Translations under genes and position numbers: made by a program
Origin: a virus
Lineage: Duplodnaviria > Caudoviricetes
Virus record (IMG/VR): IMGVR_UViG_3300047160_004777
Span: 1 to 64,000 of that record
Length of the DNA: 64,000 bases
Strand: one strand, 5' to 3'
Shown: positions 55,249-64,000 of the stretch, one piece after another
How the letters are laid out: every line of letters starts with the position of its first letter
How positions within the stretch are numbered: the stretch's first letter is position 1
The notes under the pieces: generated by a model
Databases searched by the model: none
What the model was told of the DNA's origin: nothing
Seen by the model: the letters and a program-made list of their open reading frames with translations, nothing else

Positions 55249-56033
55249 GTCCTGTGATGCAGCTCGTCAACGGGTTGATCCAGACCACCTCGGTTAGTAG
55301 TCAGTTGGTGGGCGATACGACGGTCAATCCGTCGAGTCCTCTCGGCTTTCCAGCAATACCGCAGTTCACGGTGCTGAATGTCCGAACTGGCGAACTGCTG
55401 CTCGTCACGGCGCTCGGGCCGCCCTGGACGGTGACACGCGGCTTCGGCAGCAGTACGGCAGCGGCTATCAACGCGGGCGACCCACTCCAGTACAGCGTGA
55501 CACGAGAGATGCTGCTGGCTGGCTTCATGGCTAAGCTCGATGAGGTCGTGTTAGCTGCTGATTCCTCGGCGGTGTTGACACTGACCGTGCCCTCCGGCTT
55601 GCCGTTTCTCCGCAATCTCAAGCTGCACGTGAATGGGAACGCCGTCAGCGATTGCGACCTGGATTGGCGGTTCAACAGCGATTCGAGCAACACGTATATC
55701 CAGAACTACGCCTACTGGGGGTCTGGCTCGTCGTCAGGCCAGCAGACGAGTACGTACGGTCGTATCTGGATTGGCGGCCAGACGTTCCCTCAGGTGGGGG
55801 TGGACGCGGAGATAACCATCGGCGGTGCTGACGCCGCAGACCGTTGGAAAACGTGGCAAGTTATCCAGTGGCTCCGCCAGAGTGGCGGCCAATACTACGT
55901 GATGGTTGAGAGCGGGAGCTGGCAGCCGACGACGCAGGCGGCGATTAGCACTGTGCAGCTTGCGGCCGGCAATACGTGGAACGCAGTGACGCTGCGCGCG
56001 GGCTTTCGGGCGCAGCTATACGGGGTGCCCTGA
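55245..56033 (+). CDS. tail fibre-like protein, family B (shared N-terminal module)
   Basis: N-terminal LVNG...FP...E...VT....TV.RG...TAAAI..GD; C-terminal domain similar to the end of 58915. Confidence 0.7.
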   Translation: MSPVMQLVNGLIQTTSVSSQLVGDTTVNPSSPLGFPAIPQFTVLNVRTGELLLVTALGPPWTVTRGFGSSTAAAINAGDPLQYSVTREMLLAGFMAKLDEVVLAADSSAVLTLTVPSGLPFLRNLKLHVNGNAVSDCDLDWRFNSDSSNTYIQNYAYWGSGSSSGQQTSTYGRIWIGGQTFPQVGVDAEITIGGADAADRWKTWQVIQWLRQSGGQYYVMVESGSWQPTTQAAISTVQLAAGNTWNAVTLRAGFRAQLYGVP

Positions 56034-56034
56034 G

Positions 56035-57096
56035 ATGGGAATCCTATTTGTCGATGGGTTCGATCACCTGGCGACGGCCAGCGGGTCGATGAAATGGAGT
56101 TCAATCTCGGGCGCCACGTGGGGGTCTGGCTCCAGTCGATTCGCGGGTGGTCAAGGCGTGAACATTGCCACGAGCGGCGCGAGTGGTGGGTCGCCGGCGC
56201 AATGGATTGCCAAGACATTTGTCAATCGCAGGATGGTAGTGATGGGCGTCGCGTTCAACGCGCCAAGCGTGTACGCCGGCAACTACTTCGGGTTGGGCCA
56301 ACTCGGGTTCTTCGATGGCGGAACGGCGCAGGTCGATGTCCGTATCAATAGCTCGCAGCAGTGGTACGTCACCCGGAACGGGACGACGCTGTTTACCGCG
56401 ACCACTTCTCCGTTGGCGTTTGGTTCGTTGTGGTACTTTGTCGAACTCAAGTCCACCATTGATCCAAGTGCCGGATACGCGGAGCTGCGCGTGAATGGCG
56501 TATCGCTCGGCACCTTCTCGGGGAACACGTCCGGTTCCGGAAACGCGTATGCCAACCAGATTCGTATTGGCTGGCTCAACGGTACGAGCGGCGGGTCCGT
56601 CAGCACAAATTTCGATGATGTGTACCTGCTGGAAGGAGACAGCGGGACTGGCCTGATCGACTTCTTGGGTGATTGTCGCGTGCAAACGTTACTCCCGAAC
56701 GCCGCAGGTACCAATACGAACTTCTCAAAAGCGGGCGCCGCAGCTACGAACTGGCAGTCGGTCAACGAAGCCCAGCCGGATACGACGACCACGGTGTTTG
56801 GAAATACGGCAGCGCAATACGACACGTACCAGTATTCCGATCTGACCACAACTACGAACCGCGTGTTCGCCGTAGCGCAGAGCTTCGTCCAACAAAAGGA
56901 TGACGCGGGGTTCCGCACGGCGACGGCTCGCGTGCGCTCTGGAGGCGCGGAGGCTGATTTCGCGGCTCCCGTCGTGCCGCTGACAGCTAGCTATAGTGTC
57001 CTACAACAGATTCAAGAAACGAATCCCGTCACTGCTGTACCGTGGGTTGTAGCTGATGTGAATGCGGCGGAGTTCGGGCCGCGCATCTCAACGTAA
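56035..57096 (+). CDS. tail structural protein, paralog family A
   Basis: MGILFVDGFD start; FDDVY...FLGD...KDDAG...NPVT..PW...EFG. Confidence 0.75.
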   Translation: MGILFVDGFDHLATASGSMKWSSISGATWGSGSSRFAGGQGVNIATSGASGGSPAQWIAKTFVNRRMVVMGVAFNAPSVYAGNYFGLGQLGFFDGGTAQVDVRINSSQQWYVTRNGTTLFTATTSPLAFGSLWYFVELKSTIDPSAGYAELRVNGVSLGTFSGNTSGSGNAYANQIRIGWLNGTSGGSVSTNFDDVYLLEGDSGTGLIDFLGDCRVQTLLPNAAGTNTNFSKAGAAATNWQSVNEAQPDTTTTVFGNTAAQYDTYQYSDLTTTTNRVFAVAQSFVQQKDDAGFRTATARVRSGGAEADFAAPVVPLTASYSVLQQIQETNPVTAVPWVVADVNAAEFGPRIST

Positions 57097-57101
57097 AACT
57101 G

Positions 57102-58181
57102 ATGCCTCAAGAGCAATTTGCCAATGGCGCACCCTCGAACACGGTCAGTACGAGCTACGCGTCTGGTGCGACGAGCATCGTGATGAACTCGATTAGTGGC
57201 TATCCGCTCGTTCCGCAATTCCGCTTGCTCAATATCCGTACGGGAGAAGTTGTGGTCGTGGTTGGGATTGCCGGAGTGACACTGACGGTCCTGCGCGGAG
57301 CGGAATCCACGACTGCGGCGGCGATCAACTCCGGCGACAACTTGAATCACATTCTAACCGCCGGAGCGCTAGGGAATCTCGGCAATACGCTGCGGATCGT
57401 GCCGACCCCTCCGAGTTTGTGTGTTGACTACGCTTCATCCTTTACCGCGACATTACCACCGGCTTCGTATGCCAATATCACAGCTCAGGCGATTGAGACG
57501 CGAGCGACGATGCCACAGTGGGGCTCAACCACGTCGCCACCCTGGTCGCCGTATCAGTGGGGTTATGCAAACTACCCGGTTCTGACGAATTTCTCGTGTC
57601 AGATTCGGGCAAGGTTTGTATGCCCGAGCGCTCTCGGCGGCGCGTGGAACTTCTCGTGGTCGTCGGATGACAGCACGGATATCTCGGTATGGACCGACGC
57701 CGCTTTTACTACGCAGGTTGGTTCGACCATCGGCACATTTTCTAACAGCACGACGAACTCAGGTAACGGCAACGTCACGCTGACCGGCGGCAGCACATAC
57801 TACCTGCGTGTCCGGTGGGCACAAGGTGCAGGCGGTTACTCGTTGTGGGTTCAGTACACACCACCGGGTGGTGTGGCACATTATCTGATGGACGATATGC
57901 TGATTGGCAGCACGCTCTATGTGTGTCCGTTTCGCGCTATCGGCTGTATCGGGGTGGTAGGCGATACGCGCAACGGTGATCGTTTAGACCTGCTGAGTTC
58001 CGGCGGCGCAGTCCAGTCCTCGTTCCGCGTGAATGCGGCTGGTCAGGACGCCTCATTGCCATTGCTCGCGACGCCATACAACGGAACCGTGCGGTTGTCG
58101 GAGGCGGACGGCACCGTCGTCGGGACATTGGCGCAGACATTCAATGGCGGCGAGTTCATTCGAGTCGGATCGCGACAGTAA
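57102..58181 (+). CDS. tail fibre-like protein, family B, with a PA14-like domain
   Basis: Family B N-terminus; G.W.F...SDD...VW...VTL..G..Y.LRV.W.Q..GGY.L. Confidence 0.7.
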   Translation: MPQEQFANGAPSNTVSTSYASGATSIVMNSISGYPLVPQFRLLNIRTGEVVVVVGIAGVTLTVLRGAESTTAAAINSGDNLNHILTAGALGNLGNTLRIVPTPPSLCVDYASSFTATLPPASYANITAQAIETRATMPQWGSTTSPPWSPYQWGYANYPVLTNFSCQIRARFVCPSALGGAWNFSWSSDDSTDISVWTDAAFTTQVGSTIGTFSNSTTNSGNGNVTLTGGSTYYLRVRWAQGAGGYSLWVQYTPPGGVAHYLMDDMLIGSTLYVCPFRAIGCIGVVGDTRNGDRLDLLSSGGAVQSSFRVNAAGQDASLPLLATPYNGTVRLSEADGTVVGTLAQTFNGGEFIRVGSRQ

Positions 58182-58915
58182 TGCCTGAAGCCTTAGTGAA
58201 CGGTGCGGCTTCGACGCTCGCGGCCAGCATCACGAATTCGCAGACAACGATCCCCATTCAAAGTGCCGACGCGAGCAAGTTCCCCGGAACCGGAAACACG
58301 TATCGGCTCGCAGTCTCGGACGGCACCAATATTGAGCTGATGTGGGTCACGGCCGGTCAGGGTACTGCAACGCTGACCGTAACTCGCGCAGTCGAAGCCT
58401 ATAACGGAGTCCAGACAGCCTTTGCGTTCGGCTCCGGAGCGACAGTCGCGGCGGTGCTGACGGCCGCCGCATTCACGACTCTGGTCCCAGCTAGCGTGCT
58501 CGTGCAGCGGCGAACATCTACGCCCACTAATGGTGTGACCGTCACCGGAGACAACACGGCCTACCACTCCTGGTCCACGCCGTGGCAGATCACCGTCACC
58601 GGCGTTGCGAGCGGTCAGCACGTTCTTTTGCGCGCGAACGCGGCTCTCAGCAACGGCACGAACTATGGTTATATCGCTTTTTACCGCGTGACAGGCGGGC
58701 CGACCTTTCTCTACTGTGTTGGCGTTGATATGAATGCGCACGTGGTAGGCGTCTACCTTGAATACGACGACGCTACGCCGGGGACCGGCAGCATCACGTA
58801 CGAGGTCTATGGCGGAGCGAACACGGGTACGGTTACGCTCAACAACAACGGGTCGTCGGCTTTCAGCGTGAATGTTGGCAACAGCCTGTTGGTTGCGGAG
58901 GTGTACAACCCATAA
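58181..58915 (+). CDS. tail fibre-like protein, family B
   Basis: MPEALVNGAASTLAASI...FP...E...VT...TLTV.RA.E. Confidence 0.7.
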   Translation: MPEALVNGAASTLAASITNSQTTIPIQSADASKFPGTGNTYRLAVSDGTNIELMWVTAGQGTATLTVTRAVEAYNGVQTAFAFGSGATVAAVLTAAAFTTLVPASVLVQRRTSTPTNGVTVTGDNTAYHSWSTPWQITVTGVASGQHVLLRANAALSNGTNYGYIAFYRVTGGPTFLYCVGVDMNAHVVGVYLEYDDATPGTGSITYEVYGGANTGTVTLNNNGSSAFSVNVGNSLLVAEVYNP

Positions 58916-61900
58916 TGGTCGCTCTCGTCAACGGTGCTCAGACCACGCTTGGGGCGGATATCGCCTCCGGAGCTACGACCATCACGGTGGCCTCCGGCAA
59001 TGGCGCGATGTTCCCTTCAGGGGACTTCACTATCACCCTGGATGACCGGACTCACCAGGAAGTGATCTACGTTCCAACGGGCGGTCGCTCGGGTGATACG
59101 TTCTCCAACTGCGTGCGCGCCTACGAGAGTTACGGTGGAGCAGCCACTGCCTACGCTTTCGTAGCTGCGACTCCAACTACGCTCGCCCAGACCGTCACCG
59201 CCGCCACGATGAACCGCCAGTTCGCGGGCGGCACGATGACGCAGTACAGCAACTTCCTCGGTGCTGATGTCACGTTCTCAATCGCAAACACATTCTTCGA
59301 CGGGCCGGCTCTCACGCTCGCCCCTGGCACGTGGTTGCTGTCAGGACAGGTCACAGCCAGTTGCGATGGAGGGACACAGGGTTTCACTGCGAAGCTGTGG
59401 GATGGGACAAGTACGTTCGCCACAGCGTCGGCGGCCAATCCTTTTTCCGGTTATGCCGTGCCGATGCCGCTCATGGCTGTTGTCAGCCCTACAGTCGCGA
59501 CCACCTACAAGATCAGCGTTTGCCAGGACTCCGCTGTAGCCAGTCGCATCAAGTGTCAGCCCAGGTCGAACCCGGCTGGCAACAATGCGAGCTATCTCAT
59601 CGCAATGCTGCTCACATCCGGTGGTTCAAGCAGTGCCTACGCGCCCAGCGAGCAGTACGCGGTGGTGGTCGATCAGAAGACTGCTGGAACGGATGGTGGA
59701 ACGTTCAACTCGGGTGCGTGGCAACGACGTGATCTGAACACAGTCCTAGCTAATACAGGTAACTGGCTAACAGTTAGTGGTAACCAGATCACGTTACCAG
59801 CTGGCACATATCGTACCGATATACTCGCGCCTGCGTCCGCCGCTGGTCGTCATCAAGCTCGTTTGCAGAACGTCACTTCCGGAACAACGCTGTTGGTTGG
59901 CACTGACGCAGGCGCAAGCACCGGGACTGGCGCTTCGGCAGTTATTAGCCAGTCCCGTATCAATGGTAGGTTTACGCTTACTGCAACTAGCACACTAGAA
60001 GTGCAGCATCAGTGTGGTACAGGAAAGGCTAGTGACGGATTTGGTAACGCAGCTGGTGGGGCTTTTACAGTAGCCTATGAAGTCTATACCGTTGCCCAGT
60101 TCTGGCTGGAGCAGCAGAACCTCGCGCCAAACGGGTCGAAGCTACTACTGGACTTCAGACCGACGACGGATTTGGTCAATGGGCAGTCCATAAGCGCCAC
60201 CACGTGGACGGACGTGCCTGGGACAACACAGACCTTCACGATTGACGACGGCAACGCGCTAGTAGAAATCGCCTGGGGCGGCTTCGTCTACATGAATGGG
60301 TCGTCTTTAGGCGTGTGCTCCAGTCGGTTTGTGATAGACCCGGCCGGTGCAAACATCATCCGATATTTAGGAGCGCTGATAGACAGCAGCGAGAGAAACA
60401 ACGTGATGGCCGGAGCGCCGCCCGTATCTGTGGCTGCGGCAGCACTTGGGACGGGCACACATACGGTCAAGCTACAGGTGTACGCCGTTACGTCGGGTTT
60501 TCTGCTGTACTGTCGGCCCGCGACGAACCCGAATACTGAGTTCGTCACCTGTCAAGTACGCCAGGTCCCCCAGGCGACGACCACACTCAGCCCGGCGGTC
60601 GCCAACGGCACGAAGATCCTGCTGAACTACACGGACACGACGGACCGTTCCAGTACCGCACTCTCGTCATCGGTGTGGACTGACGTTCCAGGCACCACCC
60701 AGAACTTCACCGTGGATGACCCGAATGCCATCGTGGAGTTGTCGGCCTTCGATCAGATCAAGGTCGTCGCGAGCAGCTACGGTCCCGGCGCAACACGGTT
60801 CCTGATCGACGGGAACCCTGTTGGTGATTACGGAATCGTGCAGTGCAACTCGGGTGGCTATCAGACCAACGTGTTGACGGGCGGCACGCCTATCCCGGTT
60901 GCAGGGCTGTCGGTTGGTGTTCACGCCGTCAAAATTCAGGTCAATCTTGGTGGTGGCGGCACGCTCTATCAGCGGTACAGCACGTCCCCCGATGAGCACT
61001 GCGGCATCCGCATCCTTCAGCGACCCCAGGTGCAGGCCACGCCGGTCGGCGGCACGGCGGGTGACAAGCTGCTGCTGAACTACACGGAGACAGCCGACAA
61101 ATTCAGCGGCTCGCAAATGACGATTGGGACCTGGTACGACCTGCTCACGACGCAAACCTTTGTGGTCGATGACGCCAGCGCCACTATCGAAGTCGTTGTC
61201 TCAGGCAACGTGTTAGCTGGCTACAACAACAGTAGCGCCAGTCCCCGCACGCAACTCGTCATTGACGCAACCGGCTATCGACTGGGCAGTCAAAAGACCG
61301 ACGGTCTTTCCTGGGGTAATCCCTTTGCTGGAGTGGGGCCAGTGCCAATTACGGGTCTGGCCGTTGGTTCCCACACACTTAAGGTGCAGGTCACTTCTGA
61401 CGCCGGGGCAGGAGCGTCAGCGGCTGGTATCTACGCGCAATTTGCGACAAACCCGAACCGGGATTTTCTTCAAGTCCGCGTCTGGCAGCGGCCGACAATC
61501 TATCGCGGCGGTAGCGTGCCGAGCGTACAGGTTGGACTCGCGGCATCTAAGACGCCCGCACAGTCGGCTGGTAACTGGAGCGCGGCACTCTCCTGGGATG
61601 TAGCTAACTGGAACACTGACAACCTTTGGTCGGCGGCAAATCCTACTCGTCTGACGTGCCAGACGCCAGGCAAGTATCTCGCAATGGCCAACCTTCAGGC
61701 AGCTAACGCGACTCTGGAACTCTGGCTAGTCAAGAACGGGGTTACTGCAACACATATTGCCGACTCGGCGTATCAGCAATACCAACTGCTCTCCACGGTC
61801 GTTGATCTATCGGTCGGGGACTACCTGGAGTTGTACGGCTACAACTCGAACAGCGGGTCAAACACGATCAATCAGACGGCGGTCATGTCGCTCACGCGCA

Positions 61901-62439
61901 TTGGTGATGCGGCACTTGGCGGGCCGGTCAAGTTTGCAGAGGTCGGTCCACTGACGAGCACCGCCGCCAGCGTCACGTTGCCAGTGTCCGGGTCGTTGCC
62001 GCAGAACTACCGCAACATCAGGGTCACCGGCCAGGCTCGCGGTGATACGGCTGCTACCTCTGTCGTCATCAATCTGCAATTCAACGGTGACACGGGCAGT
62101 AACTACGACTACATGGAGATGGCGTTCCAGGGCAGCACATCCGTCGCTCAGAACTATGGCGGCACGTCCAGTCGGGTCGGCATCGTCACTGCTGCAAGCT
62201 CGCCAGCGAATCACGCTGGGGAGTTGGAGATCACCGTCCCGAATTACAGCGGCACCACGTTCTACAAGAACGTTGTGTCTCGGTCAGGCGAGGCGCAAGC
62301 GCTGTCGAGCACCAACTATTACTTGCGCGAAACGCGCTCGACGTGGCACAGCACCAGTGCGATTACGTCGCTGACGCTCACGCCTGTCGCCGGCAACTTC
62401 GTCGCCGGGTCCGTCTTCACCCTGTATCTCGATCCATGA
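58915..62439 (+). CDS. large modular tail fibre/receptor-binding protein, family B (1174 aa)
   Basis: Family B N-terminus followed by about seven beta modules, including three K[LI]LL[DN]...W.D..T.Q.F.[IV]DD repeats. Confidence 0.8.
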   Translation: MVALVNGAQTTLGADIASGATTITVASGNGAMFPSGDFTITLDDRTHQEVIYVPTGGRSGDTFSNCVRAYESYGGAATAYAFVAATPTTLAQTVTAATMNRQFAGGTMTQYSNFLGADVTFSIANTFFDGPALTLAPGTWLLSGQVTASCDGGTQGFTAKLWDGTSTFATASAANPFSGYAVPMPLMAVVSPTVATTYKISVCQDSAVASRIKCQPRSNPAGNNASYLIAMLLTSGGSSSAYAPSEQYAVVVDQKTAGTDGGTFNSGAWQRRDLNTVLANTGNWLTVSGNQITLPAGTYRTDILAPASAAGRHQARLQNVTSGTTLLVGTDAGASTGTGASAVISQSRINGRFTLTATSTLEVQHQCGTGKASDGFGNAAGGAFTVAYEVYTVAQFWLEQQNLAPNGSKLLLDFRPTTDLVNGQSISATTWTDVPGTTQTFTIDDGNALVEIAWGGFVYMNGSSLGVCSSRFVIDPAGANIIRYLGALIDSSERNNVMAGAPPVSVAAAALGTGTHTVKLQVYAVTSGFLLYCRPATNPNTEFVTCQVRQVPQATTTLSPAVANGTKILLNYTDTTDRSSTALSSSVWTDVPGTTQNFTVDDPNAIVELSAFDQIKVVASSYGPGATRFLIDGNPVGDYGIVQCNSGGYQTNVLTGGTPIPVAGLSVGVHAVKIQVNLGGGGTLYQRYSTSPDEHCGIRILQRPQVQATPVGGTAGDKLLLNYTETADKFSGSQMTIGTWYDLLTTQTFVVDDASATIEVVVSGNVLAGYNNSSASPRTQLVIDATGYRLGSQKTDGLSWGNPFAGVGPVPITGLAVGSHTLKVQVTSDAGAGASAAGIYAQFATNPNRDFLQVRVWQRPTIYRGGSVPSVQVGLAASKTPAQSAGNWSAALSWDVANWNTDNLWSAANPTRLTCQTPGKYLAMANLQAANATLELWLVKNGVTATHIADSAYQQYQLLSTVVDLSVGDYLELYGYNSNSGSNTINQTAVMSLTRIGDAALGGPVKFAEVGPLTSTAASVTLPVSGSLPQNYRNIRVTGQARGDTAATSVVINLQFNGDTGSNYDYMEMAFQGSTSVAQNYGGTSSRVGIVTAASSPANHAGELEITVPNYSGTTFYKNVVSRSGEAQALSSTNYYLRETRSTWHSTSAITSLTLTPVAGNFVAGSVFTLYLDP

Positions 62440-62490
62440 TGCGTGAAGGACATACCAGCAGTACATGCACCTGCCCTTTGGAGCCATGAT

Positions 62491-63570
62491 GTGGCGTTGA
62501 TCATGGTCGAGGGCTTCGACACCTATGCGGCGGTGGGCTCCGGCGACGCGAACTTCGTTGTTCAGATCAGACGCAACTGGGACAGTTCCAATTACAACCG
62601 GGGCGACCTCGGCGGAGTTACTACGGCCGGACGTGGGAGTCAGGCTCTCTACAACTACGGGGACAACTCGTACTACACGAATCTGCTGCGTGATCTGGGC
62701 ACGGTCTACCCGACGATTATCGCGGGCATGTCGTGGCAAGGGAACAACACCACGGGCACGACCTCGTTCTGTGTGCTGTTGCTTCGGGATAGCGCCGGAA
62801 CAGAGATGGGCCGGTTGTACTGGACAGGCAGTGCTGGGCAGTTCGCCTGGCGGAATGGGTCCGGCACCAACGTGCTCACCACCAGCGTGCCCGGCGGCAT
62901 CGCTCTCAGCACGTGGTACACGCTAGAAATCATGCTCACGGCTGGCACCACGACCGGCTATGTCGAGATTCATGTGAATGGCGTGAGCTACAGCGCGAAC
63001 AATGTCAACACGGTCGGCGCGGCACTCACCACGGGCGCGCGCTCGATCATGCTCGGTCCGCCTGGGTCATCGCAGAACTTCAATACGCAATACATCGACC
63101 ACTTCTATCTGATGGACAACACGACGACCAGTTTCAACACGTTCCAGGGCGACCTGCGTATCCGGACACTGATCCCGAGTGGCGCGGGCGGGCACTCGGA
63201 TTGGACGCCTACTGGCGCTACGCCGAACTGGAACTGTGTCAAAGAGGCCGGCCTAGATCAGGACACGACGTACAACGCGACATCAACCGCTGGGGCGAGA
63301 GACTCGTACGCGTTGACGCAGATACCGAGCGGGTTGACCGTCTACGCCGCGTCGATCAGCGCCCATGCCAAGACAGATGACGCCACGCCGCGTCAGACGC
63401 AGTTTTTTGTTCGGTCAGGCGTCGATCAGTCCGTCGGGTCCGCGACCAGCCTGGCGAGCGACTACACGACACGTCTGGTCGCGATCCTTCCGACGAACCC
63501 ATTGACAGCCGGGGCTTGGACAGCCGCTGCTGTGAACGCGCTAGAGGCCGGCATTCGACTAATCTCGTAA
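62491..63570 (+). CDS. tail structural protein, paralog family A
   Basis: MALIMVEGFD start (GGAG RBS); IDHFY...FQGD...KTDD...NPLT..AW...LEAG. Confidence 0.75.
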   Translation: MALIMVEGFDTYAAVGSGDANFVVQIRRNWDSSNYNRGDLGGVTTAGRGSQALYNYGDNSYYTNLLRDLGTVYPTIIAGMSWQGNNTTGTTSFCVLLLRDSAGTEMGRLYWTGSAGQFAWRNGSGTNVLTTSVPGGIALSTWYTLEIMLTAGTTTGYVEIHVNGVSYSANNVNTVGAALTTGARSIMLGPPGSSQNFNTQYIDHFYLMDNTTTSFNTFQGDLRIRTLIPSGAGGHSDWTPTGATPNWNCVKEAGLDQDTTYNATSTAGARDSYALTQIPSGLTVYAASISAHAKTDDATPRQTQFFVRSGVDQSVGSATSLASDYTTRLVAILPTNPLTAGAWTAAAVNALEAGIRLIS

Positions 63571-63595
63571 TTGGCCATGGCAGGCTGATTGGCTA

Positions 63596-64000
63596 ATGCC
63601 AGGTCGCGTCAGCAAACTTCAAGTCGAGCTGCTCGTCGCGGCGCAGGCTGTCCGGACTATCCCGGCGCGCGGGCAGTTCGCGATCTTTCCTTCTGGCAGC
63701 GGTAGCTCGGGACAAGCGGCTGGGTCTGTACCGGCCACGATCAATGAGCAGCCCGGCCGCATTGTTCTGGGCGGCGTCAGTCTCACGACGACTACGGGAG
63801 CCGGCGGAACAGGTGGACGTGGCATCCCCGTTACGGTTCGCTTCCGGGGCACGCCCTCGCGCTCGATCCCGAGCACCGTTCGTCTTTCGGGCACGCTGCC
63901 ACTCACCGGACGCCTCGGCGGAAACTTCAGCCGTCCGGGTCTGATCCAGCCAGGCAATCCCGCTACCGGCTACAGTCACGCACCTACCTATGTCCGGACG
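63596..64000 (+). CDS. 5' part of a tail-region protein (truncated by the window)
   Basis: ATG 63596 opens MPGRVSKLQVELLV... with no stop before the window end. Confidence 0.55.
   Translation, partial: MPGRVSKLQVELLVAAQAVRTIPARGQFAIFPSGSGSSGQAAGSVPATINEQPGRIVLGGVSLTTTTGAGGTGGRGIPVTVRFRGTPSRSIPSTVRLSGTLPLTGRLGGNFSRPGLIQPGNPATGYSHAPTYVRT

Noticed and set aside
50710-63570. Diversity-generating retroelement behind the tail paralogs
   Set aside because: No reverse transcriptase and no near-identical TR/VR pair with adenine-specific differences were seen.

Overview
A 64-kb, high-GC segment of a tailed dsDNA phage or prophage (siphovirus-like); the host cannot be determined from the sequence. Almost all genes are on the + strand. 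Order: recombination/replication (Sak/Rad52-like annealase, initiator with internal iterons, DnaC-like loader); TcmP plus ParB-DUF5131 radical-SAM-like pair; holin-like and collagen-like genes; an accessory region with three tandem pairs of a small Gly-Gly-ending protein and a Cys-containing partner; a DNA base-hypermodification cluster (ParB-like, glycosyltransferase, TET/JBP dioxygenase, amino-acid:DNA transferase, P-loop kinase); terS, intein-containing terL, portal, head genes, major capsid, antisense HNH, neck and tail genes; a 2742-aa tape measure protein with GNAT-like and HhH-glycosylase-like inserts; and a large array of paralogous tail-tip/fibre genes running off the end. The least explained signal is a shared C-terminal peptide extension (R-D-A-V-x4-D-P-[IV]-G-T-S-x4-R-x-C) on two unrelated proteins, the major capsid protein and the protein at 25174, conserved through synonymous codon changes. 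All family assignments come from motif recognition by eye; no database search was run.
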